A DNA stretch of 64,000 bases from an uncultured Actinomycetes bacterium (GCA_963699635.1 CAVOUQ010000016.1:200680-264679); one strand, 5' to 3'; shown: positions 8,977 to 19,678, counted from the stretch's first letter. Notes: generated by a model from the letters alone, not told the origin. Numbers and translations are program-made.

Positions 8977-9638
8977 GCGAGATCCGGGCCGTCCTGCTCG
9001 ACCTGTACGACACGCTCGTGTGGAGCGAGTGGCCGAAGGCGCGCATCGCCTGGCAGCAACGCCTCGGCGTCTCCGAGGCCGAGCTCCTCCGGGCGTTCGT
9101 GGAGACCCGCCGGGCGCGAAGCGTGGGGGCGTTCGGCAGCGCCGAGGGCGACGTCGTCGCGGTCCTGCGGGCCGCCGGGGCCCCCTCATCCCCCGAGGTC
9201 GTCCGGGAGATCACCGACGCGACCCGCGAGTTCCTGCGCACCGGCGTGACGCTGTACGAGGACTCGCTGCCGACCCTGCGCGACCTTCGAGCCCGGGGCG
9301 TGCGGACCGCGGTCGTCAGCAATTGCGACCACACGACCCGGGCGGTCATCGAGCGGCTCGGCCTGGAGGAGGAGGCCGACGCGGTGATCCTCTCGTTCGA
9401 GGTCGAGGCGGCGAAGCCCGATCCCGCGATCTACGTCGCCGCCCTCGAGCGGCTCGAGGTCGCGGCGCCCGAGGCGGCGTTCGCCGACGACCAGGCGCGG
9501 TACTGCGACGGGGCGGCCGGGCTCGGGATGAGGACGTTCCTCGTCCAGCGCGACGGCGCGGCGCCGGCCGAGGGCGTGAGTGAGCCCCGAGGTCATCGGG
9601 TGATCCCCGATCTCCGGGCGCTCCTGGACGCGATCTAA
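8973..9638 (+). CDS. HAD-superfamily hydrolase
   Basis: The GTG start overlaps the decarboxylase stop (GTGA). Motifs LLDLYDTLV, VVSNCD, KPDP. Confidence 0.8.
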   Translation: MSEIRAVLLDLYDTLVWSEWPKARIAWQQRLGVSEAELLRAFVETRRARSVGAFGSAEGDVVAVLRAAGAPSSPEVVREITDATREFLRTGVTLYEDSLPTLRDLRARGVRTAVVSNCDHTTRAVIERLGLEEEADAVILSFEVEAAKPDPAIYVAALERLEVAAPEAAFADDQARYCDGAAGLGMRTFLVQRDGAAPAEGVSEPRGHRVIPDLRALLDAI

Positions 9639-10510
9639 ACCGGGCTCGTCCCGAGCTGTCGCTTGATCTCCTCGAGCCGCGCGATGCGCGCCTCGGTCGG
9701 CGGATGCGTCGAGAACAGGCCGGCGAAGCTCGCCGAGGCCTGCCGCCCGCGGAACGGGTTCACGATGAACAGATGCGCCTGCGCCGGGCTCACGGTCGCC
9801 GGCACCGGCACCCGCTTCGCCGTCGCCTCGAGCTTGCGGAGCGCGCTCGCGAGCGCGTCGGGATCGTGCGAGAGGATCGCGCCCGATTCGTCCGCCTGAT
9901 ACTCGCGCGAGCGACTCACGGCCATCTGGATGATGGCGGCGGCGATCGGTGCGAGGAGCCACGCGAAGAGCATGCCGAACGCGCCGAACGGGCCGTTGCG
10001 ATCGTCTCCGCCGCCGAAGAACAAGGCGAAGCGGGCGAGGAACGTGATGCTCATGCCGATCCCCGCGGCGATCGAGCTGATCAGGATGTCGCGATTGGCG
10101 ACGTGCGAGAGCTCGTGCGCCAGGACCCCGCGGAGCTCGCGCTCGTCGAGGATCTCGAGGATCCCCCTCGTCACCGACACGGCGGCGTGGTCCGGGTTTC
10201 GGCCGGTCGCGAACGCGTTGGGCTGTTGCATCTCCGAGACGTAGATCGTGGGCATCGGCATGTGGTTGAGCTGCGTGAGCTCTCGAACGATCCGGTACAG
10301 CTCCGGCGCCTCCGCCTCGCTCACCGGCTTGGATCTCGTGGTCGCGATCGCGATCTTGTCGCTGAACCAGTACATCGAGAAGTTGAAGACCAGGGCGATC
10401 GCCAGCGCCAGCACCATGCCGCCGGTGCCCCAGATGGAGCCGACGAGGACGAAGGCTCCCCCGAGCGCCGCGATCAGGATCCAGGTCTTGATCCTGTTGA
10501 GACCGATCAT
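9635..10510 (-). CDS. htpX: Zinc metalloprotease HtpX
   Basis: 291 aa with HELSHVANRD (HExxH), 4 TM segments and SD AAAGGAGGG upstream. Confidence 0.9.
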   Translation of the reverse strand: MIGLNRIKTWILIAALGGAFVLVGSIWGTGGMVLALAIALVFNFSMYWFSDKIAIATTRSKPVSEAEAPELYRIVRELTQLNHMPMPTIYVSEMQQPNAFATGRNPDHAAVSVTRGILEILDERELRGVLAHELSHVANRDILISSIAAGIGMSITFLARFALFFGGGDDRNGPFGAFGMLFAWLLAPIAAAIIQMAVSRSREYQADESGAILSHDPDALASALRKLEATAKRVPVPATVSPAQAHLFIVNPFRGRQASASFAGLFSTHPPTEARIARLEEIKRQLGTSPV

Positions 10511-10561
10511 CGGTTCGATCCCTCCTTTGGGAACGATTCGCCGAGCCGGGGCTGTGGGGTT

Positions 10562-12028
10562 CTAGGGGCCGGCGAGGGTCGACAGCGGCGGGAAATGGGC
10601 CAGGAGCTCGGGCCACACGCCCACGGCCACCACCGCCGCCGTCGCCACGACCGTCACGGCGGTCACCAGGACCGGAGGGACGAGCGGCCGGTCGTGCTCG
10701 GGCTCCGCGAACAGCATCTCCCTCGGCACGGCGAGGTAGTACACGAGGCTGATCACGGAGTTGACGAGCATCACCACGGCCAGCATCGTTCCGATCCCGC
10801 CGCGCTCGATGGCGACCTTGAAGACCAGGAACTTCGCCCAGAAGCCTCCGGTCGGCGGGATCCCGGCGAGCGAGACCATGAACACGGTCATCGCGACCGC
10901 GATGAACGGGGCCCGGCGGCTGAGTCCGGCGAAGTCCGAGATCAGCAGGCCGCGGGACTCCTTGGACATCGCGATCACGACGGCGAACGCGCCGAGCGTC
11001 ATGATCGCGTAGATCAGGATGTAGGTGACCGCGGCCGCGAACGCGTCCCGGTTGATGCCCGCGTCGGCCGAGACGAGGGCGAACGGCAGCAGCATGTACC
11101 CGGCCTGGGCGATGCTCGAGTAGGCGAGCAGCCGGACCACCTGTCGCTGCTGTAGCGCGACGAGGTTGCCGATCGTCATCGTCGCGATCGACAGCGTCGC
11201 GAAGATCGGGGTCCAGAACTCGTACTGGTTCGGGAACGCGACGAACATCAGCTGGAGGAGTCCGGCGAACCCCGCGGCCTTCGACGCCGTCGCGAGGAAC
11301 GCCGCGACCGGCACCGGCGCGCCCTCGTACGTGTCGGGCGCCCAGAACTGGAACGGGACGGCGCTCACCTTGAACGCGAACCCGGTCACGATGAACAGGA
11401 TGGCGGCGAGCACGAGCGTCTCCTGCCCGTCGGGCAGCGCCCCCGAGAGCGCCCGTCCGATCTCGCCGAGGTTGAGCGTCCCGGTCACGCCGTAGATCAG
11501 GCTCATCCCGTACAGCATCACGGCCGTGGAGAGGACGCCGATCAGGAAGAACTTGATCCCGGCCTCGTTGGAGCGAGGGTCGGCCTTGCGGAAGGCCGCG
11601 ATGAGGAACCCGGGGGCGCTCACCGTCTCGAGCGCGATGAACAGCATCAACAGGTCGCGCGAGCTCGGCATGAGCAGGCAACCCAGGAAGGACGTCAGGA
11701 GCAGGAAGTAGTACTCGCCCTGGTAGAAGCGCCCGTCGCGGAAGTACCGGAGCGAGAGCATCAGGACGATCAGCGCGACGGTCAGAAAGAAGATCTTGAA
11801 CAGGACGGCGAAGTCGTCAACGACGAACGCCCCGCCGAACGTCGTGCGGTCCTGCCCGACGAGCGTGAGCACCGCGATCAGGGACGCGAGCACGCCGACG
11901 AACCCGAGCGGCATCGTGAACCACTTCCGCCGCTCGGACAGGAACGCATCCACGATGAGGACGAGCAGGATCGTGCCGGAGAGGATCATCTCCGGCAGGA
12001 TCGCGTAGTAGTCGATCGCCTGGTTCAT
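10562..12028 (-). CDS. nuoN: NADH-quinone oxidoreductase subunit N (operon 1, partial complex I)
   Basis: 488-aa polytopic antiporter-like ORF, last gene after nuoM. Confidence 0.9.
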   Translation of the reverse strand: MNQAIDYYAILPEMILSGTILLVLIVDAFLSERRKWFTMPLGFVGVLASLIAVLTLVGQDRTTFGGAFVVDDFAVLFKIFFLTVALIVLMLSLRYFRDGRFYQGEYYFLLLTSFLGCLLMPSSRDLLMLFIALETVSAPGFLIAAFRKADPRSNEAGIKFFLIGVLSTAVMLYGMSLIYGVTGTLNLGEIGRALSGALPDGQETLVLAAILFIVTGFAFKVSAVPFQFWAPDTYEGAPVPVAAFLATASKAAGFAGLLQLMFVAFPNQYEFWTPIFATLSIATMTIGNLVALQQRQVVRLLAYSSIAQAGYMLLPFALVSADAGINRDAFAAAVTYILIYAIMTLGAFAVVIAMSKESRGLLISDFAGLSRRAPFIAVAMTVFMVSLAGIPPTGGFWAKFLVFKVAIERGGIGTMLAVVMLVNSVISLVYYLAVPREMLFAEPEHDRPLVPPVLVTAVTVVATAAVVAVGVWPELLAHFPPLSTLAGP

Positions 12029-12052
12029 CGCCGCGCCGTCATCCGCCCGGGA

Positions 12053-13588
12053 TCAGCCGCCGAAGAGGTGGAGGAGGGCGTCGACCGGCTCCTGGGTCAC
12101 GCCGAAGATGATGCTGGGGAAGATCCCGAGCAGGACCGTCGCGACCAGCAACGGAACCCACGACACCCACTCCACGGCCACCACGTCGGGGAACGCGTCC
12201 TGCTGCCACTTCTCCGGGAGCGTGCCCATGTTCACGCGCTGCAACATCCACAGGAAGTACCCGGCGGTGAGGATGGTCCCGATGCCACCCGCCACCATGA
12301 AGACGCGGAACAGCCCCGTGTTGAGGGCGGCGGCCGGGCTGTAGCTCGAGAGCAACGCCATCACCTCGCCCCAGAAGCCGGCAAGGCCAGGCAGGCCCAG
12401 CGACGCGATCGCGACGAACGCGAAGACGCCGCCAAGGTAGGGCAGCTTCTGCATCACCCCGCCGCCGATCTCGGCGATCTCCCGCGTGTGGTAGCGGTCG
12501 TAGAGCGATCCGACGCAGAAGAAGAGCATCCCGGTGATCACGCCGTGCGCAACCATGCCGAAGATCGCGGCGTTGATCCCGATCGTCGTGAGCGTCGCGA
12601 TCCCGAGCATCACGAACCCCATGTGGCCGACGGAGCTGAACGCGATGAGGCGTTTCAGGTCCTTCTGCGCCAGACACGCGAGTGCCGCGTAGACGATGGC
12701 GATGGCCGCGAGCGCGCCGATCAACGGCGCGTACCGCTGAGCCCCGTACGGCAGGATCGGCAGCGCGATCCGGATGAACCCGTAGGTGCCCATCTTCAGC
12801 ATCACGCCGGCGAGCAAGACCGAACCGATCGTCGGCGCCTCGGTATGGGCATCGGGCAGCCAGGTGTGGAAGGGCCACATCGGGACCTTCACGGCGAAGC
12901 CAAGCCCGACGGCCGCGAACGCCACCAGCTGGAAGTCGTTCGAGAAGCCGCCGCCGGCCGCGAAGTGCTGAAGGGCAACCATGTCGAAGGTGTGCAGCCC
13001 ACCCCCGATGTCCGAGCGGAAGTACATCGCGAGGAATCCCAGGAGCATGAACACCGATCCGAACAGCGTGTACAGGAAGAACTTGATGGCCGCGTACTCG
13101 CGGTTCGCGCTCCCCCAGATGCCGATCAGGAAGTACATCGGGACCAGCACGAGCTCCCAGAAGACGAAGAACAGGATCAGGTCGAACGCGATGAACGTGC
13201 CGGCCATCCCGGTCTCGAGCAGCAACATGAGCCCGATGAAGGCCTTGGTCTTTCCGGGCTTCGGGACGAACCGCCACGTGTAGATGGCGCAGAGGAACGA
13301 GAGGGCAAAGGTGAGCACGTACAGCGGGAGGGAGATGCCGTCGATGCCGACGTGATATCGGGCGTTGATCGCCGGGATCCAGCTCGTGTCCAGCTGGAAC
13401 TGGAGCCCGGCGGCGCCGTAGTCGAAGTCGATCGCCATCGCGATCGCCACCAGGAGCGCGGCGCCCGTGAACGCGATGCCGAGCGCTCGCACCGCCTTTT
13501 CGTTTCGGCGCGGGACGATCGCGATCACCAACGCTCCCGCCAGCGGCAGGAAGGTGGCGATCGTGATCGCCGAGTTCTCCCAGGTCAT
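12053..13588 (-). CDS. nuoM: NADH-quinone oxidoreductase subunit M (operon 1)
   Basis: 511 aa, antiporter-like, with WLPDAHTEAPT motif. Confidence 0.9.
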   Translation of the reverse strand: MTWENSAITIATFLPLAGALVIAIVPRRNEKAVRALGIAFTGAALLVAIAMAIDFDYGAAGLQFQLDTSWIPAINARYHVGIDGISLPLYVLTFALSFLCAIYTWRFVPKPGKTKAFIGLMLLLETGMAGTFIAFDLILFFVFWELVLVPMYFLIGIWGSANREYAAIKFFLYTLFGSVFMLLGFLAMYFRSDIGGGLHTFDMVALQHFAAGGGFSNDFQLVAFAAVGLGFAVKVPMWPFHTWLPDAHTEAPTIGSVLLAGVMLKMGTYGFIRIALPILPYGAQRYAPLIGALAAIAIVYAALACLAQKDLKRLIAFSSVGHMGFVMLGIATLTTIGINAAIFGMVAHGVITGMLFFCVGSLYDRYHTREIAEIGGGVMQKLPYLGGVFAFVAIASLGLPGLAGFWGEVMALLSSYSPAAALNTGLFRVFMVAGGIGTILTAGYFLWMLQRVNMGTLPEKWQQDAFPDVVAVEWVSWVPLLVATVLLGIFPSIIFGVTQEPVDALLHLFGG

Positions 13589-13603
13589 CGGCCCGTTCCC
13601 CTC

Positions 13604-15592
13604 TCAGATCCTCGTGAAGACGATGGCCAAGATCACCACGCCGGCGAACAGGAACGCGGCGTAGCGCTGGACGTTGCCCGATTGGATGTAGCGCAGGATT
13701 CCCCCCGTGAATCCGGCCAGGTGGGCGGCCCCGTTCACCGCACCGTCGATCACGTTCCGGTCGAACCACGAGATCACGCCGGAGAAGACCACCGTGACCG
13801 AGGCCACGCCGTTCACCGCGCGATCGATGACGTTCTGGTTGGTCCAGTAGACGAACGCCGCGATCGGATCCCGGATCGGCCGGATGATCCCCTTCCAGTA
13901 CACGTCGTCGAGGTAGTACTTGTTCTCGAGCAGGGTGTACACCGGCCCCAGAGATCGGATGGGGTCGCGCTCCTGCCAGCGTCGGTAGACGACGAAGCCC
14001 GCGCCGATCCCGGCGATCGCCACGACGATCGACAATCCGGCGACCCACGGCACCAGCTTCACCGCCTCCGGCTCCTCGAAGAAGACCCAGTCGAAGAACG
14101 CGGCCCCGACCGGGCCGGCCCCGAGCCACCCGACGAAGAGCGTCGCCCCCGCCAGCCCGATCAGCGGGCCGGTCATCGAGACGGGCGACTCATGCGGGTG
14201 GGCTTGACCCCGGTAGCTCCCGAAGAAGGTCTGCATCAGCATGCGCATCGTGTAGAAGGCCGTCACGATGGCCGTCAGCACCATCACGGTGAACAGCACC
14301 TCGTGGCCCTTCGAGGCCCCGACCAGGATCTCGTCCTTCGACCAGAAGCCGGCGAGGGGCGGCACGCCCGCGAGCGCGGCCGAGCCGATCAGGAACGTCC
14401 AGAAGGTGACGGGCATCGGCCGGCGGAGCCCGCCCATCTCGCTCATGTTGTTCGTGTGGCAGGCGTGGATGACCGATCCGGACCCGAGGAACAGCAGCGC
14501 CTTGAAGAACGCGTGGGAGAAGAGGTGGAACATCGCCGCGTCGCGCCCGATCGCGCCGATCGACATGATCGCGACCATGTAGGCGAGCTGTGAAACCGTC
14601 GAGTACGCGAGGACGCGCTTGATGTCGTCCTGAACCAGCCCGAGCAACGCGGCGCCGAGCATGGTGATGCCACCGACGACGCCGACGACCTGCAAGACAT
14701 ACGGCTCCGCGTGCGCGAAGACGTCGAACATCCGTCCGACCAGGTAGACGCCGGCCGCGACCATCGTCGCCGCGTGGATCAGCGCGGAGACCGGCGTGGG
14801 GCCGGCCATCGCGTCGGGGAGCCACACGTGCAGCGGGAACTGCGCAGACTTGCCGATCGTGCCGCCGAACAACAGGAGCGCGGCGGCCGAGATCAGGGCG
14901 ACCGACATCCGGCCACCGGCCACGATCTCGCCGATCTCGCGGATGTTCGAGGTCCGGAACCCCGTGGCGGCAACCAGGACGAAGATCCCGAACATGAACG
15001 GGACGTCGCCGATGCGCGTGGTGATGAAGGCCTTGATCGCCGAGCTCGAGTTGACGTGCTCCTCCCACCAGTGGCCGATCAGCAGGTAGGAGCAGACCCC
15101 CATCACCTCCCAGCCGACGAGCAGCTGGAAGAGGTTGTTCGCGATGACCACGTCCAGCATCGCGCCAGTGAAGATCGACAGCACGACGAAGAACCAGGTG
15201 TAGCGCCGGTCTCCATGCATGTAGCCGACCGAGTAGACGTGGACGCAGAGCGACACCGCGGTGACGACCACGAACATGACGGCGGTCAACCCGTCGACGA
15301 GCTGCCCGAGCTCCATCTGGAGCGGGCCGATCTGGAACCAGTCGATCGAGCTCTCGTACGTGCCGCCGCCGTGCTGGACGAACTGCCAGAGCACGCCGAG
15401 CGACAGGACGAAGCACACGCCGATCGCGGCGATCCCGTACACCGCTCCCTTGCCGGGCGTGCGCTTGCCGAGGAACAGCGTGAGGGCGGCCGACACGAAC
15501 GGCAGGATCACGATGATCCACGCGTGCTGGATAAACCAGTTCGGCTCGGCGGTGGCATGCTCCGCGGCCTGCAGGACGACGGCGGCTACCAC
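13604..15592 (-). CDS. nuoL: NADH-quinone oxidoreductase subunit L (operon 1)
   Basis: 662 aa with [22 protein letters not shown] and a long C-terminal lateral-helix region. Confidence 0.9.
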   Translation of the reverse strand: MVAAVVLQAAEHATAEPNWFIQHAWIIVILPFVSAALTLFLGKRTPGKGAVYGIAAIGVCFVLSLGVLWQFVQHGGGTYESSIDWFQIGPLQMELGQLVDGLTAVMFVVVTAVSLCVHVYSVGYMHGDRRYTWFFVVLSIFTGAMLDVVIANNLFQLLVGWEVMGVCSYLLIGHWWEEHVNSSSAIKAFITTRIGDVPFMFGIFVLVAATGFRTSNIREIGEIVAGGRMSVALISAAALLLFGGTIGKSAQFPLHVWLPDAMAGPTPVSALIHAATMVAAGVYLVGRMFDVFAHAEPYVLQVVGVVGGITMLGAALLGLVQDDIKRVLAYSTVSQLAYMVAIMSIGAIGRDAAMFHLFSHAFFKALLFLGSGSVIHACHTNNMSEMGGLRRPMPVTFWTFLIGSAALAGVPPLAGFWSKDEILVGASKGHEVLFTVMVLTAIVTAFYTMRMLMQTFFGSYRGQAHPHESPVSMTGPLIGLAGATLFVGWLGAGPVGAAFFDWVFFEEPEAVKLVPWVAGLSIVVAIAGIGAGFVVYRRWQERDPIRSLGPVYTLLENKYYLDDVYWKGIIRPIRDPIAAFVYWTNQNVIDRAVNGVASVTVVFSGVISWFDRNVIDGAVNGAAHLAGFTGGILRYIQSGNVQRYAAFLFAGVVILAIVFTRI

Positions 15593-15888
15593 TTGAGGAG
15601 GTTCACCTCGTCGACGTTGATCGTCTCGCGGTTGCGATAGATCAAGATGACGATCGCGAGCCCGATGCCGACCTCGGCCGCAGCCACCGCGATCACGAAG
15701 AGCGCGAACACCTGTCCCGTGAGCTGTCCGAGCTGTTGGCTGAAGGCGATGAGGTTGATGTTCACGGCGTTCAGCATCAGCTCGATCGCCATCAGGACCA
15801 TCACGGCGTTGCGCCGGGCGAGGACGCCGTACACGCCGGTGGAGAACAGGATGGCGGCGAAGGTCAGGGGAAGGAACAGCCGGATCAC
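15586..15888 (-). CDS. nuoK: NADH-quinone oxidoreductase subunit K (operon 1)
   Basis: 100 aa from GTG 15888 (the GTGA-type overlap with the nuoJ stop was checked by hand), with ..[21 protein letters not shown]. Confidence 0.85.
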   Translation of the reverse strand: MIRLFLPLTFAAILFSTGVYGVLARRNAVMVLMAIELMLNAVNINLIAFSQQLGQLTGQVFALFVIAVAAAEVGIGLAIVILIYRNRETINVDEVNLLKW

Positions 15889-16385
15889 GTTCGATCGTCC
15901 CGACGCGAGAGCACGATGGCGCCGATCAATGCCGCGAGAAGGATGAACGACACGACCTCGAACGGAAGGATGAAGTCGCTGAAGATCGAGAGCCCGATCG
16001 ACTCCGGGCTCCCCGACACCGGCTGGATCTTCGGGTCGTCCCAGGGGAACGCCCCCTGGATCATGAAGACGAGCCCGGCGAGGATCGCCAGGCCGATCAG
16101 GAACGCAACCCCCCGCCGTTGGTTGTCGAGCGCCTCTCGGCCGATCGGCGCCTTCGTCAGCATCAGTCCGAAGAGGAACAGGATCACGATCGCGCCGACG
16201 TAGATCAGGATCTGCACCCACGCCACGAACTCGGCGGCCAGCAGCAGGTAGACGCCGGCGACCATCGACAGCGTCAGCACCAGATACAACGCCGCGTGGA
16301 CGACGTTCCGAGCCGTGACGAGTCGGAACGCGGAGACCACCCCCACGACGGCCATCACGACGAACGCGTACTCCTGCCCCGTCAC
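15885..16385 (-). CDS. nuoJ: NADH-quinone oxidoreductase subunit J (operon 1)
   Basis: 166 aa from GTG 16385, which overlaps the nuoI stop (GTGA). Contains [11 protein letters not shown] and [14 protein letters not shown]. Confidence 0.85.
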   Translation of the reverse strand: MTGQEYAFVVMAVVGVVSAFRLVTARNVVHAALYLVLTLSMVAGVYLLLAAEFVAWVQILIYVGAIVILFLFGLMLTKAPIGREALDNQRRGVAFLIGLAILAGLVFMIQGAFPWDDPKIQPVSGSPESIGLSIFSDFILPFEVVSFILLAALIGAIVLSRRDDRT

Positions 16386-17245
16386 GCGCCCTCCGCCTTC
16401 CTCCGGGCCGCGATGATCGCCGCCCGTTTGGCTTGCCCCTCGGCCACCCGCCGGTCCTTCCCCTGCGCCAACTGCTCCGCCAGCACCCGATCGAACGTCT
16501 CCTGATCCGGCACCACCTCGACATGCCCCCCCGCCGCGGCCGCCGTCGGCGACGGGGCGACCTGCGCGACCGGCGCCTCGGTGGGAGCGGCCCCCGCGGG
16601 CGCCGGGGTTGCGGCAACGGGAGCGGCCACGGCAGCCGCCGGGGGCTCTCCGGCGGTGATCACGCCAGGAAGCACCGACGCCGCCGCCGGAGCCTCCCCC
16701 GGCGGAGCCGAGGCCGCGACCGAAACAGCGTCCGTCAAGGGTTCCGCCCCCGTCTCGAGCTCGGGCGGCGGGAGGACCGTGTAGGTCCACTCCTCGAGCT
16801 TCTCCTTCTCGTGCGTGAGCAGGTCGATCTCGTAGGTGGAGTACTCGAACTCCGGGCTCCAGAAGAGTGCGTCGAACGGGCAGACCTCGATGCAGATCCC
16901 GCAGTACATGCACAGCGCGAAGTCGATCGCGAACCGGTCGAGCACCTTGACCGATCGCGCCTTGCCTCCGGAGGCCGGGTCGTGCGTCTCCTTGTGGGCG
17001 TCGATGTAGATGCACCAGTCCGGGCACTCCCGCGAGCACTTGTAGCAGACGGTGCAGTTGGCTTCCTTGAGGGCGATCACGCCTCGCGTTCGAGGGGGCA
17101 GGTCCGGCTTGACCTCCGGGTACTGCTGCGTGATCGAGCGGCGGAGCGCGTGCTTCATCGTGACGCCGAGCCCCTTGATCAGGCCGGCACCCGACCCCTT
17201 CGGATCGGGCGAGGTCTGCACGTCCCGTTCGTCGATCGCCATCAC
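16382..17245 (-). CDS. nuoI: NADH-quinone oxidoreductase subunit I (operon 1) with ~120-aa Ala/Pro-rich C-terminal extension
   Basis: Two CxxCxxCxxxCP motifs ([24 protein letters not shown]). The tail is ..[21 protein letters not shown].. and ends in [30 protein letters not shown]. Confidence 0.9.
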   Translation of the reverse strand: MMAIDERDVQTSPDPKGSGAGLIKGLGVTMKHALRRSITQQYPEVKPDLPPRTRGVIALKEANCTVCYKCSRECPDWCIYIDAHKETHDPASGGKARSVKVLDRFAIDFALCMYCGICIEVCPFDALFWSPEFEYSTYEIDLLTHEKEKLEEWTYTVLPPPELETGAEPLTDAVSVAASAPPGEAPAAASVLPGVITAGEPPAAAVAAPVAATPAPAGAAPTEAPVAQVAPSPTAAAAGGHVEVVPDQETFDRVLAEQLAQGKDRRVAEGQAKRAAIIAARRKAEGA

Positions 17246-17252
17246 GAGCCCC

Positions 17253-18260
17253 CTAGACCGCGACCTTCACGATGCCGACGACCAGGACCTGCGCCAGCGC
17301 CAACGGGATGAGCGCGAGCCAGGATCCCCGCTGCAGCTGATCCTCGCGCATGCGGGGATACGTGGCGCGCAACCAGATGATGAAGAACGAGAGGCCGCCG
17401 ATCTTCGCCGCCATCCAGAGCGGGCCGGGGATGAACTCGAGGAACGGGAGCGAAAGATAGCCACCGAGGAACAGCACCGAGGCGACGGCCGAGAGCGCCA
17501 CGATCCCGCCGTACTCCGCCAGCAGGAAGAACGCGAACTTCAACCCCGTGTACTCGGTCAGCGCGCCGAAGATGATCTCGGAGTCGGCGACCGGCATGTC
17601 GAACGGCGGGCGCGTCAGCTCGGCGAGCGCCGCCACGACGAAGATCGCGAACCCGATCGGCTGCGTGAGCACGAACCAGAACCGCTGCTGCGCCTCGACG
17701 ATCCCGATCATCGAGAGCGTTCCCGCCTGCATCACCACGGCCGCCGCGCCGAGCACCAGAGGCAGCTCGTAGGCGATCAGCTGGGCGGCCGCGCGCAGGG
17801 CGCCGATCAGCGAGAACTTGTTGGCCGAAGCCCAGCCGGCCATCAGCACACCGATCACGGTGACCGACGTGATCGCCATGACGAAGAAGATCCCAACGTC
17901 GAGGTTGAGGATGAAGATCTGGTCCGAGAACGGGATGACGACGAACAGCGCGATGTACGGGACCAACGCGACGGCGGGCGCCATCGAGAAGACCCAGCGA
18001 TCGGCCGCGGCGGGGACGATGTCCTCCTTCTGGACGAACTTCACGCCGTCGGCGATCAGCTGCGCCCAGCCGTGGAAGCGTCCCGCGTACATCGGACCCA
18101 GTCGGGACTGCATGTGCGCGAGCACCTTGTGCTCCATGTACCCGACCACGAGCGGCGCGGTGAGGAAGAACACCAGCACGACGGCGGCCTTGACGACGAG
18201 CACCAGCCAGTAGTTGTCGAACCACTGATCCACGACGCTCACGCCCGCCTGCCCGATCAC
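17253..18260 (-). CDS. nuoH: NADH-quinone oxidoreductase subunit H (operon 1)
   Basis: 335 aa with [11 protein letters not shown] and [18 protein letters not shown] motifs. Its start overlaps the nuoC stop. Confidence 0.9.
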   Translation of the reverse strand: MIGQAGVSVVDQWFDNYWLVLVVKAAVVLVFFLTAPLVVGYMEHKVLAHMQSRLGPMYAGRFHGWAQLIADGVKFVQKEDIVPAAADRWVFSMAPAVALVPYIALFVVIPFSDQIFILNLDVGIFFVMAITSVTVIGVLMAGWASANKFSLIGALRAAAQLIAYELPLVLGAAAVVMQAGTLSMIGIVEAQQRFWFVLTQPIGFAIFVVAALAELTRPPFDMPVADSEIIFGALTEYTGLKFAFFLLAEYGGIVALSAVASVLFLGGYLSLPFLEFIPGPLWMAAKIGGLSFFIIWLRATYPRMREDQLQRGSWLALIPLALAQVLVVGIVKVAV

Positions 18261-18778
18261 TCCTCCTCTTCCTCCTCACCCTCCGCCGCGCCCGGCCAGG
18301 GCTTGACCACGCGCGACATCAGCGGGAAGTCCTTGCGGAGCGGGTGGCCCTCGAAGGGCTCGGGCAGGAGCAGGCCGACGGGCTGCGGGTGGCCCTCGAA
18401 CGTGACCCCGAACATCTCCATGGTCTCGCGCTCGTGCCAGTTCGCCGTCGCGTAGATGTCGGAGATCGTCGGGCAGACCAGGTCGTCGGCCGGCAGGCGC
18501 ACCTTGACGCGGACGTTGTGACGGTGGGTGGTCGAGTAGACGTGGGTCACGATCTCGAGTCCGTCCTGCCCGCGATCGACGCCGGAGGTGAAGTCGCAGT
18601 AGTCGCACGCGAACTCGGGCTCGTCGCGGAGGAAGGTCATCAGCTCCCGGTACCGCGGCGCGACGACCGTCACGACCGGGTGACCGAACGAGTCCTCGAA
18701 GGCGAGGACGTCGTCCCCGAACTGCGCCCGAAGGCGCGTCTCGACCTCAGGAGGTGGCAGCGGATGTGTGCTTACCAC
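18257..18778 (-). CDS. nuoC: NADH-quinone oxidoreductase subunit C (30-kDa family; operon 1), poly-Glu C-terminus
   Basis: 173 aa with [20 protein letters not shown], ending [10 protein letters not shown]. It is followed directly by nuoH, so there is no nuoD. Confidence 0.85.
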   Translation of the reverse strand: MVSTHPLPPPEVETRLRAQFGDDVLAFEDSFGHPVVTVVAPRYRELMTFLRDEPEFACDYCDFTSGVDRGQDGLEIVTHVYSTTHRHNVRVKVRLPADDLVCPTISDIYATANWHERETMEMFGVTFEGHPQPVGLLLPEPFEGHPLRKDFPLMSRVVKPWPGAAEGEEEEEE

Positions 18779-19259
18779 TCCACTTCTCCCTGATGTCTTC
18801 CTTCTCGATCTTCTCCTGCAGCCGGATGATGCCCTCGAGCAGGGCCTCCGGCCTCGGCGGGCAGCCCGGCACGTAGACGTCGACCGGGATGATCTGGTCG
18901 ATGCCCTTCAGGACCGAGTACGAGTCCCAGTAGGGGCCGCCGCAGTTGGCGCAGGACCCCATCGAGATCACGTACTTCGGCTCGGGCATCTGGTCGTACA
19001 GGCGCTTGATGACGGGCGCCATCTTGTCCGTCGGCGTGCCCGCGACGACCAGCAGGTCGGCCTGACGGGGGCCGTGAGCGAACGGGATCACGCCGAACCG
19101 GATGAAGTCGTGCTTGGAGGTCGAGGCCGCGATGAACTCGATCGAGCAGCACGCGAGGCCGAAGTTGAACACCCACAGCGAGTACCTGCGGCCCCAGTTG
19201 AGGAGGAACTTGATGGGCTGGAACTGTGCGAGGGGCGTCTTCTCCGTGATCAGGCCCAT
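18747..19259 (-). CDS. nuoB: NADH-quinone oxidoreductase subunit B (operon 1)
   Basis: 170 aa from ATG 19259. N2 cluster ligands are present ([23 protein letters not shown]). Confidence 0.9.
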   Translation of the reverse strand: MGLITEKTPLAQFQPIKFLLNWGRRYSLWVFNFGLACCSIEFIAASTSKHDFIRFGVIPFAHGPRQADLLVVAGTPTDKMAPVIKRLYDQMPEPKYVISMGSCANCGGPYWDSYSVLKGIDQIIPVDVYVPGCPPRPEALLEGIIRLQEKIEKEDIREKWSGKHTSAATS

Positions 19260-19615
19260 CGCAGGACCCCTTTGCGCCACGAGTAGAGCAGCCCGACGGC
19301 CAGGATCCCGATGAAGACCGCCATCTCGACCAGCGCCTGGTATCCGAGGCGCTCGAAGATGCTGGCCCAGGGGAACAGGAAGACCGACTCGACGTCGAAG
19401 ATCACGAAGAGGAACCCGTAGACGTAGTAGCGGACCTGGCTCTGCGACCAGCCCTCGCCCACGGGGTCGATGCCGCACTCATAGGTCAGCAGCTTCTCCG
19501 GGAGCGGGCGCCGGGGTGCGATCAGCCGTGCGGTCCCGAAGGCGACCACGACGAGCCCGACGCCGGCAACCAGGACCGCGAGGACGACCCCGTAGGACTC
19601 GTAATAGGTCTCCAA
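19250..19615 (-). CDS. nuoA: NADH-quinone oxidoreductase subunit A (operon 1)
   Basis: 121 aa with YECGIDP and [15 protein letters not shown]. Confidence 0.9.
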   Translation of the reverse strand: METYYESYGVVLAVLVAGVGLVVVAFGTARLIAPRRPLPEKLLTYECGIDPVGEGWSQSQVRYYVYGFLFVIFDVESVFLFPWASIFERLGYQALVEMAVFIGILAVGLLYSWRKGVLRWA

Positions 19616-19632
19616 CTAGCGGGTCCCCACGC

Positions 19633-19650
19633 TTGTGAACGTCTTCTCGA
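19633..19650. promoter_or_regulatory. Degenerate Rex box upstream of nuoA (operon 1)
   Basis: TTGTGAA-CGTC-TTCTCGA, with a perfect left half and 2 mismatches in the right half. It lies 18-35 nt upstream of the nuoA start. Confidence 0.4.
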
Positions 19651-19678
19651 GCAGCGCGGATTCTAGCAACATCGCCCC

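Noticed and set aside
18257-18778. A hidden or fused nuoD within or next to nuoC of operon 1.
   Set aside because: The nuoC product is only 173 aa with a complete 30-kDa-family signature. Its stop overlaps the nuoH start, and no other frame in 17253-19259 shows NuoD motifs such as GPQHP or HTGxEK.
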